Below are positions 19,451 through 30,200 of a stretch of DNA of 48,259 bases, piece by piece. The notes under the pieces were generated by a model, which was given only the letters and a program-made list of their open reading frames with translations, was not told the origin of the DNA and made no database searches. The stretch is from the NCBI GenBank assembly GCA_964619725.1, contig CAZUFC010000061.1, positions 1-48,259 of the forward strand, given 5' to 3'. This DNA comes from an uncultured bacterium. Lineage in GTDB: Bacteria; CSSED10-310; CAZUFC01. The position numbers and the translations under genes are program-made. Each line of letters begins with the position of its first letter. The first letter of the stretch is position 1.

Positions 19451-19593
19451 GGCATTGATCAAAAATGAGTCTTTTGATGTTACAATTCTTCCGAATTTCC
19501 CATCATTTTTTTTCGATTTCGATGTCGCCCCCGATTACTTAAACAAACCGTCAAACGTTTTGAACAAAGTGTTAGCCCGGTTTGACCAGTCCC
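19451..19593 (+). repeat. Dispersed repeat family A, full copy with short core
   Basis: GGCATTGATCAAAAA...GTCTTTTGA...CCATCATTTT...TTCGATTTCGA...CCCGATTA...AACAAACCGTCAAA...GTTTGACCAGTCCC. Confidence 0.88.
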
Positions 19594-19597
19594 GCAA

Positions 19598-21271
19598 TTA
19601 CTTCTTCATCAATGTCAGGAGTAATGAATATACAAGAATAAACAAGGCGAAAGATGCGCTGAGCCATTTTCCGATTAAAGTATAAATATGACTTTGGCGC
19701 AGCTCGATTACGCCGTCGTGCATAGACGGCAGTTCAACGGCTAAAAAACCGTTATAACTTGTTATTTCGCCTTCACCGATGATCTTTAACGCAGGTTTGA
19801 CATTTTTAAAGGAAATATCCGGAGAATAAAACATTATTTTTTCAGGCTGAACTGCTTCCTGGGCAGTCGGCGTGATTCGATAGCGGAAATAATTTATGCC
19901 GTTTGAGACAGGTTCGATCGAATAAGTGTTCGGAGAACAGGAAACAAAACGTGGAGCCTGTATCTGCAAACGGGGAAGACGTTGCCTGTAGCGAAAACCA
20001 TGATCTTCGGGATTCACCCTGGTCCTTATTCCATGCAGAGACAGCTCCAGGGAAAGCACAGAGAGCAGAGCAAAAAAGAATATGTAAATCATGCTTTTAT
20101 GCGGTCGCTTAAGCTGAGCGAAATTCTGTGATGAAAAACAGTTCATCAAGCCCTCAACAGAGCCCAGAATCATTATAAAAAGCATTACCAGGCGAAACCG
20201 GGAGTATACCCCTTGAGTTTGGAAAAACGGAAGAGATGAAAAAAAGCCCGGGAATGGACAAAAACAAAAAAGAAAAAACAGGAAAAAGCACATGAGAAGG
20301 ACCTTTTGTCTTTTGGTCTTGATGAAAACAAAGCCGGACAATAGTAAAAGGAGTCCTGATTTTCCAATGAACATATTATATTCGTGCGTATGTTTGCCGA
20401 TGGGAGCGATAGGATCGATAAAGCAGAGGAAAAATTCTTTGTAATTGAAGAAATACTTGAGGTAATGTGATTTGTATGCTGAAAAATAATAAAGACCGGG
20501 CAGCATTTTGAAGGCGGAAAATAAAAAGAAAGAACCTATCAGCATTATAAGCGCGAATATATGTCGTTTCAGAGACCGGCGGTCTGGTTTGATGCTGAAA
20601 TAGGCGTATAAAAAAAGAAAAATCATGAAATGAAATAAAACATGGGCGTTGCCTTCGTAATATGAGAGAGAAAGAAGAATCCCTGCAGCAAGGGTATTGG
20701 CTGACTGCTTTTTTATTTGGCTGGTTTCGAGCGCATTCGTGAAAAAGTAGTAAATCAGAGGGAAATAAGCGTACGAAGCAAATTGGAGATGCCCCACCGA
20801 TACATGAGAAACGAAAGCCCCGTTGCAGAGTACAAGGAGGCTGAAGAGGATGAAAAAAGGCAGCCCGTTGCGGCGGCGCAATTTTTTAATGACGAAATAG
20901 CAGCCTGTAACGCCCACCAGAAGATGAATCAGAATAAAGATTTTGGCCGCGGTCATGTACGGAAAAACAGCATACAAAAAAATATAAGGACTGAGGACGT
21001 GGGTTTCGGGATTGGCGAAAAAAACATGCACTCCCTTAAGGCGAAGTTGTTCATATTCAGGGGAAGTAACCCAGTAGGGAAATTCCCCGTATTTGAATAT
21101 GGAAGTCACGGTATAGGACATATAAGATTTTCTGAAAGTCCAATCGGCATAGGCGTTGTTGAATGAAGAAGCAAAAAAGAACGGCGTCCAGATGATGAGG
21201 ACCAGGAGAGAGACTAAAAGGATATGCCGAAAATCGATTATTCGGAAGAAACTGGAGGGCGATTTAATCAT
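19598..21271 (-). CDS. Polytopic membrane protein, possibly GT-C/YfhO-like glycosyltransferase
   Basis: At least 11 hydrophobic segments, YGEFPYW...FFANPE loop after TM1, late soluble domain and final TM. Confidence 0.6.
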   Translation of the reverse strand: MIKSPSSFFRIIDFRHILLVSLLVLIIWTPFFFASSFNNAYADWTFRKSYMSYTVTSIFKYGEFPYWVTSPEYEQLRLKGVHVFFANPETHVLSPYIFLYAVFPYMTAAKIFILIHLLVGVTGCYFVIKKLRRRNGLPFFILFSLLVLCNGAFVSHVSVGHLQFASYAYFPLIYYFFTNALETSQIKKQSANTLAAGILLSLSYYEGNAHVLFHFMIFLFLYAYFSIKPDRRSLKRHIFALIMLIGSFFLFSAFKMLPGLYYFSAYKSHYLKYFFNYKEFFLCFIDPIAPIGKHTHEYNMFIGKSGLLLLLSGFVFIKTKRQKVLLMCFFLFFLFCFCPFPGFFSSLPFFQTQGVYSRFRLVMLFIMILGSVEGLMNCFSSQNFAQLKRPHKSMIYIFFFALLSVLSLELSLHGIRTRVNPEDHGFRYRQRLPRLQIQAPRFVSCSPNTYSIEPVSNGINYFRYRITPTAQEAVQPEKIMFYSPDISFKNVKPALKIIGEGEITSYNGFLAVELPSMHDGVIELRQSHIYTLIGKWLSASFALFILVYSLLLTLMKK

Positions 21272-21418
21272 GATTTGTCCGTGTTCAAGGGCTTGTCATG
21301 TAAAGATAGAATAAAACCGCCGCAAGGTTTTGCACGCAAAGGACGCGGGCGACAGTTACGATTTTATACTGAATTCATCTTGTGTTTAAAATAACGATCT
21401 TCGCCATTGGAGTCCCTA

Positions 21419-23485
21419 TCACAGAATGGCGGTAATTGTATCAAATAATTCATCATGAATCTCGACCAGTCTGATGTTCCTGCATAATTCAGACAATCTT
21501 TCCAGCCTGGCTGCTTCAATCAGGTTGGTCTGTTTGAGTTCATCGGGAAGTAGAAACCGGAAGGGGCTGAAGGAAAAGAATTTTTCATAGCGCTTTCCGT
21601 TACGCGTCAATTCGTGTTCAAAATCCATCCGCTGAAGAGCAAAATCATCAGCCGTGAAAAGGTTTTCGGATATCCAGGCTATGCCTTTACCGTCGTCAAA
21701 TTGTTTTTTATCTTCGCTGATCCTTTTTTTCATAAGAACAGCCATTATTTCGCTCATGAACGAGCCCCAGAAATGGAAATAGAAATGTAGATTCTTGAAG
21801 GCTTTATAAAGTATGACATAAGGTTCGTCAAAATAGGGCATCAATCTTTTTTTGATGAGTTGAGCTGAATCGAATTCCAGTTGTGGACCGGATTGAGCGG
21901 TAAAGGTCAAGGCGGCGCTTCCAGCGTTGAGCATCTGCCTGACCATGACGCAGTTGCTTCTGACGGAAACGACTTTCCATTTACGCCCACCCAGAAGAAT
22001 GGAGGAGCCGGGTTCGGGGGGAACATCTTCGCATTCGCCGATTTTTTTTCCGTCATCCTGACTGCATATGTCCATGGAGCTTCCGGGAGGGTTAAGGCTT
22101 ATATTGCTGTAAATCCGGTGTTTTTCGATCATGTCGCCCAGTTTTGATCCTATATGGAAAACTTGGCTGTGGGAAGAAGCCAGATATCCCAGACTGATAA
22201 GGTGATCGAGTATGCGATCTCCCACGAAGGGTTCGATTTCATGTAAATAGGGCCGCATGATTCGACTCAGTCCCTGGCGTGTGGCTCCTTTTCGTCTTGT
22301 CTGCTTCATGTATGAAAAGATTTGCTGAACGGCCGTTCCGTATCGCGGATACCGGTCCTTTTTTTCTACGCGGCCCTCCAGCGATTCCCGCAGCATTATT
22401 TCCAGCATTAACCGTTCGCCGTCGTTCCTGTGCAATCCGAAGGCCAGAGAATAATCACCTTTGCGGCGGCATCCCCGTCCAATTCTTTGGAGAAAAGAAG
22501 AGACCGTCCACGGCGGTCCGAAAAGGCCTACAGCTTCAATGTCTCCGATGTCGATGCCCAGTTCGAGCGTCATCGTTGCTGCGCAAAGTCCTATTCGATC
22601 ATTGTTCATTTTATATTCAACGCGCTCCCTTTCTTCCTTTTTTAAACTTGCGTGGTGCACGTATACCCTGGAATAATAAGGCGGCTTGTTTAAAACACGC
22701 GCCAGCAACTCGCAATCCGATCTCGAATTACAGAAGAAAAGAGCTTTTTGAATTCTTCTCTGCTTCAGTTCATTAATCAAGTTTGCCGCATAACCGGGCA
22801 GGGCCGCATCAATAAAATGAAACTCTATATCTCTTTTCGAGGGGTCTGATATCAGCACAGGATCAGAGAAATAACGGATCGCTGTTTCCCGGGGGTCTGA
22901 GGTCGTAGCCGTCAAGGCTACATACTGTAATTCATCCTTTGCTCCGGAGTATTTTCTGATGGCTTCCAGTCTTGCAGTCAAACCGAAGAGCTGATCGCCC
23001 CGCGGGGTGTTGTCCAGCAAATGCAGCTCATCGATTATAATGCTTTTTACCGTTCCGAAAGCCCAGGGATATTTTGTGAACATTGAATCGAGAGATTCCG
23101 GCGTAGTTATCAGCAAAGTCGGCGGGTTTTCAGGGTCGAATCCCCGGGAGTAGTCGCCTGTTCTTCGGGATAAAGTGGCGGGCATTCTGTCGAAAGGCGT
23201 CGACAATCTTTTTAACGCGTCGTTTACCAGGGCTCTGGTGGGGGATATATACAGAATAGAAAGATTACGGTAATCTTTCCGGTCCAGGTTCTCAAGCAAT
23301 GGAGCGACTGCAGCTTCCGTTTTGCCGCTGGCTGTTTTTGAGCTGATGAAAACGTTTTTTCCGGCCAGAACTTCGGGGATCGTCGACAATTGTATGGAAG
23401 TAAAGCGTCCGAAGCGGGTGAAAAAGGCGTGCCAGGTTGTGGGCAAAAGCCTTTTTATACGAGCATGTTCCTTGATATCAGCCAT
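21419..23485 (-). CDS. Lhr-like SF2 DExH helicase (BrxHI-like)
   Basis: FTSIQ, TASGKTEAA, SPTRAL, RRTGD, TTPESL, DELH, TAT, HHASL, TLELGIDIGD, QRIGR. Confidence 0.9.
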   Translation of the reverse strand: MADIKEHARIKRLLPTTWHAFFTRFGRFTSIQLSTIPEVLAGKNVFISSKTASGKTEAAVAPLLENLDRKDYRNLSILYISPTRALVNDALKRLSTPFDRMPATLSRRTGDYSRGFDPENPPTLLITTPESLDSMFTKYPWAFGTVKSIIIDELHLLDNTPRGDQLFGLTARLEAIRKYSGAKDELQYVALTATTSDPRETAIRYFSDPVLISDPSKRDIEFHFIDAALPGYAANLINELKQRRIQKALFFCNSRSDCELLARVLNKPPYYSRVYVHHASLKKEERERVEYKMNNDRIGLCAATMTLELGIDIGDIEAVGLFGPPWTVSSFLQRIGRGCRRKGDYSLAFGLHRNDGERLMLEIMLRESLEGRVEKKDRYPRYGTAVQQIFSYMKQTRRKGATRQGLSRIMRPYLHEIEPFVGDRILDHLISLGYLASSHSQVFHIGSKLGDMIEKHRIYSNISLNPPGSSMDICSQDDGKKIGECEDVPPEPGSSILLGGRKWKVVSVRSNCVMVRQMLNAGSAALTFTAQSGPQLEFDSAQLIKKRLMPYFDEPYVILYKAFKNLHFYFHFWGSFMSEIMAVLMKKRISEDKKQFDDGKGIAWISENLFTADDFALQRMDFEHELTRNGKRYEKFFSFSPFRFLLPDELKQTNLIEAARLERLSELCRNIRLVEIHDELFDTITAIL

Positions 23486-23495
23486 GGAGCGGTTC

Positions 23496-24992
23496 TTACA
23501 CCAGCAGTATCTTCCTTGATTCCTCTATGATGGTTGAAGCGTCTTGCCTCCTGTTGTGTCTGATTCTGTCCAGTATTTCCACTAGTATTCTGATGGCGTC
23601 CCGGAGAGACAGGTAATCCCTTGAATACAACGAAAAGATAAGGGGAACCAGGTCTGCTTCGAATTTTTCGGGAATATCATATTTTAAATTATAGGCTGAT
23701 TTGTATATCTCCTGCAACCTCCGAGTGAGACTTTCAAAACCGTCGAAACTGAACTCGCTCAACTCTATCAGCCATTCTCCCGGCAGTTGCGAAATGACCA
23801 TCGGGGGCGCTTCACGGGGCGTAAACGCCATGATCAGCATTATGTGAGGTTCGTTTTTGTAGATGTAAGGAAGCGGCCTGCGCTGAGTTCTGTGAAGACT
23901 CCATTCCATGAAGGGACTTAAATCAGGTCCCAGCGTCGAATAGATCATGCCTTTGAAAAAACTGTCCGCAGTCATTCGGCGATAACCCGACAACATGTTC
24001 AGACTTTCAGCTTCATCGATTAAAAGCATCAGACCCGCGTACCCGATTTTTTTAACCAGATGGCCCAGGCCGTTTAAAATGTATGAATAAATATTACCTG
24101 CGTTACAATAATCATACAGCGACGGAAACTTGTTGATCGACGATCCGGCGCTCTGCATAACCAAAGGATTTCCTTCAATCCAGTCCTGCCAGGTTACGGC
24201 GTCCTCCGGATCAACATCCGCTCTTGCAGCATACAGCGCTTTCGATAAATATTCGTGCCGGTTGTCTCCCTGACGGAAAAAATTAAAAATTTCATCGTCT
24301 TTCGCTGCCTTCTGAATAATTTCGCTTAATGAAGTTTCCTTTATCCCCGGCGCTGTAATAGAACGCATAAGACTGTGATATATTCGCTTAGGCCTGTTCG
24401 GCTGTATCTCAAATATATCCAACTCTGTTTTCGCTACTAAGTAATTCTGTTTCAATGCCTTTTGTTTCGAATATTCCAGAAAATGGCTTTTTCCCGTGCC
24501 GTACTCCCCTTCAATGACCCGAACGGCCCCGCCGTCGCTATTCGTTTCTTCAAACGCTTCGTTCAACTGCTCCTCTTCGTCCCTGCGGTGAAAAGTGAAA
24601 AGTTCTATGTCATCGGGGGCCACAAGTCCGAGCCGCAAGGCTTCAATCATTCTTCTATTGCGGAAATTTCCGGCATCCTGTACTGAAACTGCCGGCACGA
24701 AATACTGGCCGCTTTCCGGGTCTCCAGCCTTCCGCTTTTTTTTACCGCCTGAGAATCTGAACCTTAAACCGCTCTTTTCCGCAAATTCCGTGGGAAACTC
24801 AGGGCATTCTTCTGGTACTTCGATCTCTTCAAAAGAAATATCCGCTTTAGACACCCAAATGGTAAACCTGCTGAATGAAATCTGTACCTCGCGGCCGTTT
24901 CGCCGTGAATCGATGATCTCTCCACGGCCGTAAAGAGGATGATAAACATGCCTTCCGACATGCTCTCTTTGAGACCTTAACCAGGAACGCAT
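23496..24992 (-). CDS. BrxD/DUF2791-like P-loop ATPase with N-terminal Tudor/SH3-like module
   Basis: IEALRLGLV, Walker A GEYGTGKSH, GYAGLMLLIDEAE; N-terminal VYHPLYGRGEII. Confidence 0.8.
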   Translation of the reverse strand: MRSWLRSQREHVGRHVYHPLYGRGEIIDSRRNGREVQISFSRFTIWVSKADISFEEIEVPEECPEFPTEFAEKSGLRFRFSGGKKKRKAGDPESGQYFVPAVSVQDAGNFRNRRMIEALRLGLVAPDDIELFTFHRRDEEEQLNEAFEETNSDGGAVRVIEGEYGTGKSHFLEYSKQKALKQNYLVAKTELDIFEIQPNRPKRIYHSLMRSITAPGIKETSLSEIIQKAAKDDEIFNFFRQGDNRHEYLSKALYAARADVDPEDAVTWQDWIEGNPLVMQSAGSSINKFPSLYDYCNAGNIYSYILNGLGHLVKKIGYAGLMLLIDEAESLNMLSGYRRMTADSFFKGMIYSTLGPDLSPFMEWSLHRTQRRPLPYIYKNEPHIMLIMAFTPREAPPMVISQLPGEWLIELSEFSFDGFESLTRRLQEIYKSAYNLKYDIPEKFEADLVPLIFSLYSRDYLSLRDAIRILVEILDRIRHNRRQDASTIIEESRKILLV

Positions 24993-24995
24993 GAT

Positions 24996-26288
24996 TTACC
25001 ATTCTCCTTCCGCTTCTTCTACGTCGCTCTGAGCCAATCCCAGGACCACGCCGTGACAGAGTTCATCCAGTTCATTGTCATTCAAGGGACTATTTTTGGC
25101 CCTGAGCAGATGTAAAGCCTCAATAAGCAGCTTGACGAAAATCCTTCTGTGACTTATATCCAGCACCTGGTCCAGAGTCCGATCAGCGAGTTTCGGGACC
25201 AGCTCTTCCGCTTCAAGCCCCTCTAAATCAACGGCCATGGCTATTTTATAAATTTCCAGCAATTTTAATCCGATTTCCGTCAACAACGGTTTCCCGGAAT
25301 TTTCCAGGCTTTCCAGGTTTATCTCAACGCTGCTGGGATTCACTGAAGAAAAAGGATAAGTTATCAGCAATCGCTGCCTTAAGGCCTCATAATCCTTTAT
25401 CTCCTCCTTGAAACTGTTGGGTACCGCATAACAGAAAAGACTTCCCGGTAAAGTGCTGTGACCGCACTCGTCCACCACCTGTCGCAGATTATCGTAAGCG
25501 ATCTTTTTGGATTTCGAGCCGGATATGCTTGCCTGACGCTCTCCTTCGTCGAACAACAGCGCCAGACCGTTGTAACCTATCTCCCTGACCCATTGACACA
25601 ACGACCTGATCATTCGAAATGCCGTCGTTTTGTCTATTCTCTCGAATATGTAAAGCTCGTTCATCCTTTTTTTGTCTACCGGTTCCCCCTTCAACCAGGC
25701 CTGCAACAGGTTGAAACGATCGTCATCGCCGCTTTGAAGCGCTTTAAATATTTCCTTGACGGCCTGCTTAAAAGAACTGGACTCGATTCGGCGTATTCCC
25801 CGCAGATATGTCCTTACCTGTTCTTCAAGCATCGCAGGATCGCCGCCTCCCTGGGCTTTGAATTCCTCTATCATCTTCTCCCACCAGTTTTCAACGAAAA
25901 TATCAATTCCCTTCATCGACGTATCGAAAAACTTCGGTTTTTCCGGCGGTTCAGTCAAATTTGCCGCTATCTCCTTGTAAACCAACTCCAGCTTGTCGAA
26001 AGGACAATCCCGCGGATTCAATGAAACCAGGCTCACTACGTATCCGCATTCCCAGGCCATTTCACGCAGGCAGTAGAGAAAATGAGTCTTACCAGCTCCG
26101 TAATCGCCTACCAGTAATTTGAAAACGGATAATCCTTCCGTCAGCAATCCGTCGAAATACTCGGCACGAAGCGTCTCCAGCAAAGTATCTATTCCCGCGC
26201 TGAAGAATCCGGCGCCGTGTTCGGGCGGCTCGCCGCCCGATCCAACCTTTTCTATGATCGCTCGCGCTTCTGATTGAGTTATATCCAT
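24996..26288 (-). CDS. BrxD/DUF2791-like P-loop ATPase
   Basis: FKLLVGDYGAGKTHFL, VYKEIAANL, WLKGE, GYNGLALLFDEGE, NLRQVVD, YEALRQRL. Confidence 0.85.
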   Translation of the reverse strand: MDITQSEARAIIEKVGSGGEPPEHGAGFFSAGIDTLLETLRAEYFDGLLTEGLSVFKLLVGDYGAGKTHFLYCLREMAWECGYVVSLVSLNPRDCPFDKLELVYKEIAANLTEPPEKPKFFDTSMKGIDIFVENWWEKMIEEFKAQGGGDPAMLEEQVRTYLRGIRRIESSSFKQAVKEIFKALQSGDDDRFNLLQAWLKGEPVDKKRMNELYIFERIDKTTAFRMIRSLCQWVREIGYNGLALLFDEGERQASISGSKSKKIAYDNLRQVVDECGHSTLPGSLFCYAVPNSFKEEIKDYEALRQRLLITYPFSSVNPSSVEINLESLENSGKPLLTEIGLKLLEIYKIAMAVDLEGLEAEELVPKLADRTLDQVLDISHRRIFVKLLIEALHLLRAKNSPLNDNELDELCHGVVLGLAQSDVEEAEGEW

Positions 26289-26289
26289 A

Positions 26290-27150
26290 TCAGGATTCCT
26301 TTGATTTTATGAAAGATAAATACATTATATAATTGCCGCCCCCGCGGCCGTCCGTTAAATACAGCGACTTGCGGGCGTCCCTGGTGTAATCGATCGTCGC
26401 CGTCCCCAGATTCAACCTGAATCCGTTCGTCGACAATACGTTTTCCCGGCGCAGCCTGTTAAGATCATATGAAAAATATGAGCGGCCGTACCCCCGGTAA
26501 TTCCGCTTTGAAGGATTCTTGTTAAACGCCGGTCGCTGCGTTAAAAACGACATCTCCTTCAATACGTCGATTATTCCTGCACGGGCTCCCGGCTCCCGCC
26601 TGTTCAATAAAATCGTACGCCTGTAAGCTTCAAACAACGTCTTTATATAATCCTCCGCATCCCATCTCCTGCCCGTCAAATCCTTCTGCACCGATTTTAA
26701 CTTCTTCAATATCTGTTTCGGCTTCAATCCTATTCCTGAAGCCATCGTTTCGCGCGCAAATTGTATTTCCGCTTTGCCTGCGCCGAAATCAGCCTTTATG
26801 ACGAATGGACCATGTCGATACTCCGTACCCCGCACTTCCAAATCCAAACCTTCCTCCTCAAACATCTCCTTCAACCGGCGTCCGAAACGTACCGTCATCT
26901 CATCACGCCATTTCCGGCATTCCGCATGAACGTCGCTCAATACTTTCCGAATGCCCTTGATTTCATCGTCACGACCAGCCTTTTCGCTTATCGCCGCCAC
27001 CTTGCCGCTTATTTCAAACGCATTCTCCACAGGTTCATTGAGTAATTTCTGCAGACCTTTTAAATCTTTTAATAAACTTCCATACAATTTGTATCGATCA
27101 TTAATTCTTTCCTGGTATCTGTCCAGTTCTTTAACGAAATCTTGTTCCAT
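26290..27150 (-). CDS. Hypothetical basic protein, first gene of the ATPase-helicase operon
   Basis: 286-aa ORF from MEQDF (GGGGG SD); helical N-half, winged-helix-like C-half (YGRSYFSYDLNRL...LNLGTAT); 1 nt from the next gene. Confidence 0.8.
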   Translation of the reverse strand: MEQDFVKELDRYQERINDRYKLYGSLLKDLKGLQKLLNEPVENAFEISGKVAAISEKAGRDDEIKGIRKVLSDVHAECRKWRDEMTVRFGRRLKEMFEEEGLDLEVRGTEYRHGPFVIKADFGAGKAEIQFARETMASGIGLKPKQILKKLKSVQKDLTGRRWDAEDYIKTLFEAYRRTILLNRREPGARAGIIDVLKEMSFLTQRPAFNKNPSKRNYRGYGRSYFSYDLNRLRRENVLSTNGFRLNLGTATIDYTRDARKSLYLTDGRGGGNYIMYLSFIKSKES

Positions 27151-27211
27151 AACCGGGTCCCCCTGTCGGTGGAATTCGAAACAACCATTAAACACTAATG
27201 ATTCCGTAAAA

Positions 27212-30200
27212 TCAAGATTCCTGTAACGATTTTCTGATTTTATTCAGTCTTTTCAGAAATTCGCTATTGTTTTCGTCTTTATCCAGGGCTTTTTTCTGAT
27301 ATTCAAAGGCCTCCTGGAATAGACCGTTCTGATAACAGGCCTCAGCCAGCGTATCCAGATAATTCGGCTGCGGGTCAAGCTCCACGCAGCGCCTGGCGAG
27401 TTCCAGTCCCCTGGTCAGGTCATGGTCGTTTTCCGGTGATGTAACGAGGTTCCAGGCTTTGTTGTTAAGGACGGAGGCGTAATCGATTTTAGCTTTGAGA
27501 TAATCAGGATTTTCTTCTAGAGCTTCTTCGAAGGCAATCATCATGTCTTTCTGATTTCCGTTGCGCCGGTGTTTCAGGGCTTTCCTGTATTGTTCCCGAG
27601 CCTGAAGGTTTTTTTTCAGGTCGAATGAACGGCCGTTTTTTTTGTACCAGGTGATCCATTGATCATAATTTCTTCCGAAATCGACATTGGCGTATTCAGT
27701 CAGAACCGCGCCGATGTTTGAGCCGTAGTTATCCGAAGAAGTATCCAGGGCATAAAAGCGGAGATATTCGATCATGGGGAGGGCTCCTTCCCGTTGTCCC
27801 AGTTTGAGAAGTGATTCGCCTGCCGTTTTTTTCACATAAGGACTTTCATCATGAGAGAGTCCCCTGAGGAGAGCGACGGCTTCGTTTTTTTCGAATGCTG
27901 CGAGGGCAGAAGCGGCGGCCATTCTGACATGTTCGTCCGGATCGGTTGCGGCCAGGGCGATTGTATCGAAAGCCGGCTGGTCTTTATAAGCGCCGATGGC
28001 GGAAACCAGAGCGGCCCGGCAATCAGCATTTTCCTCTGAAACGTAAGCCTTTTCAAGCTGAGGAAGTCCCCTGTCCGGCGCAACCGAACCTGCGGCGCGA
28101 TAAATCAGCTTCCTTACGTAAGGTTCTGGATCGTCCAGATTCTCTATCAACGAATGGCCGCAGAATTCTGTTTCGTAAATGTCGATGATCATGGCCGTAA
28201 ACGCGCGAATTTCCGGCGAATCCGATTCTAAACCTTCGCACAATGTAGCTGGAGCCGGCGGTTCCGTTTCCTTCTGCAGCATAAATTCAGTGATCGCCTC
28301 GCGCACGATGACTGATTCCGCCCCGGAAGCCTTTTTCAGTCGTGCAAAGAGTTCGGCGCCGTCGGAGGTTTTGGCTGTTGCGACGGTTTTTCCGACGGCC
28401 GCGCATAAATGGTAGGGATCGAATATTTCTTCTTTTTTTCTGTCGGCATAACGAAAAAACGAACCGTTTTGAAATGCCGAAAAAGTATGATCATCAAAGA
28501 AATCATCGTTCCATTCGCTTTCCGTATCGATACCCACGGCATGACCGTTTTCCAGCCAGGAACGGTTATCGCCCCGTCCTTCGATGCTGTAGAAATCTTT
28601 CCCGGAATAATCCGTAAAGATGACATGGCCCCAATTGCCCGGTATTATCGGCGGCAATACATACGCCTGCGAATGTTCTTCGGCGCGATAAATATCGTCG
28701 CCGGCCGCTTCTATGAAGAGGGACAAACCGTGCGGTTTATGCGAATATCCCTGACCGCAGCAGGAGCCGGCGTAATATCTGTCCGCACCCTTCATATCCA
28801 TGAAGAATCCTGCTGACCGGTCGTTTCCCACTGCCGTACCGGCCCAGGCTCCGAAGTATATGTCGTCGCCTTCCCTGTCCAGCATATACCCGTTGGTCAG
28901 ATGCACTCCGCCCCCATGCGAATAGGACCCTTTTCCGGCATAATAATCATTGCCCTTTTCATCTACAAGTATGCCCAGCGAAAGAAAATAACTTCCGCCT
29001 TGAACGAACGATGCGGCCTTATACGAGTCGTCTCCCTGCTGGTCGATAAGGAATCCGACGCCGCCGTAAAAAGAATAATCTCTTAACCAGGGATAAGAAC
29101 GGCAGCCGCAACCCGAACCCTGGGCGAACCCGTAACCCGATTCTTCAGCGCTGTACCTGTCGTCGCCGGCACGATCGTTCAACAATCCCGTTCCCAGAGT
29201 CGAACCGAAACCCTGGGCTAATTGATTCGCCAGATAACGATCATCTCCATTTAAGTCGCACAGGATTCCTCCGCCGAACAAACCGACGCCCTGAACAAAA
29301 TTACGGCCGTGATAATCGTCGTTGCCGTCTGCATCCCACAGCATGCCTGCTCCCAGGTATCCGCCGCCCTGAGAAAAATCCATTGCCGAATAATTGTCGT
29401 CGCCCGACAGATCGATTAATGCACCGGTTCCTAAGAATCCGAAACCCTGAGCCCCGGCTTCTTTGCTACGGTAAACGTCGTCGCCGCTTAAATCAATCAG
29501 CAGGGCCGTTCCTGTCTTTCCGGCGCCTGTTCCTCCGGCATTGTTCCTGTAAACGTCGTTCCCGCCCAAATCTATCAATAATGCCGCATCTTCTTCATAA
29601 ATGTTGGCGCCTGTTCCTCCCACGATCATGCGACCCCACGGAAAATCAGCCTCCAACAATATCTGATCATCAACCGGGTCTATCGTCGAAGAAAATTCCT
29701 CTAATCGATCCAAATAACGCTCTGCAGCCTTCAATAACAGCAACTGTGCCTGGAAAAGCGCAGGAACGTCGGTCTTCCGCACAATTTCCATTATGCTGTG
29801 CTGTTTTCCTACTGCAGAAGTTAAAAATCGAAGCATTCCGTTCTCATAAAAATATAATCCTATGTCTGACGTTAAAAAATGCCTGTCTTGTTCTGTCAAT
29901 CCCGCCAGAGCCCTTTCCCGGAGGCGGTTCGCAACATTAAACACGCGCCCGAATTCCTCAAGCGCTACGCCTGTCTCTTCATCCTCTATCAATGCTGAAT
30001 CCCAATCGCCGCCTTCAATGTGCGTCCTCCCTTCCGGACCCTGGCGGATCGTCTTGAAAACATGCACCTCCGACGTTACGGGAACTTCAGCCAAAACTGC
30101 CCGCAACAACGCTTCAAAAACCTCAGAAGGAACCCCCGCTTCCTTTATCATAAGTGAAGCCTGTTCTGCGTAATCGGGCAAAGAAAACGGATCGAACCCG

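Noticed and set aside
19455-19685. ORF MIKNESF..., similar to the N-terminal extension MIKNRSF... at 38512
   Set aside because: Both are translations of repeat family A; similarity breaks with frame changes in the core.
21419-27150. Complete BREX system
   Set aside because: No pglZ, pglX, brxA, brxB, brxL or pglW in the window.
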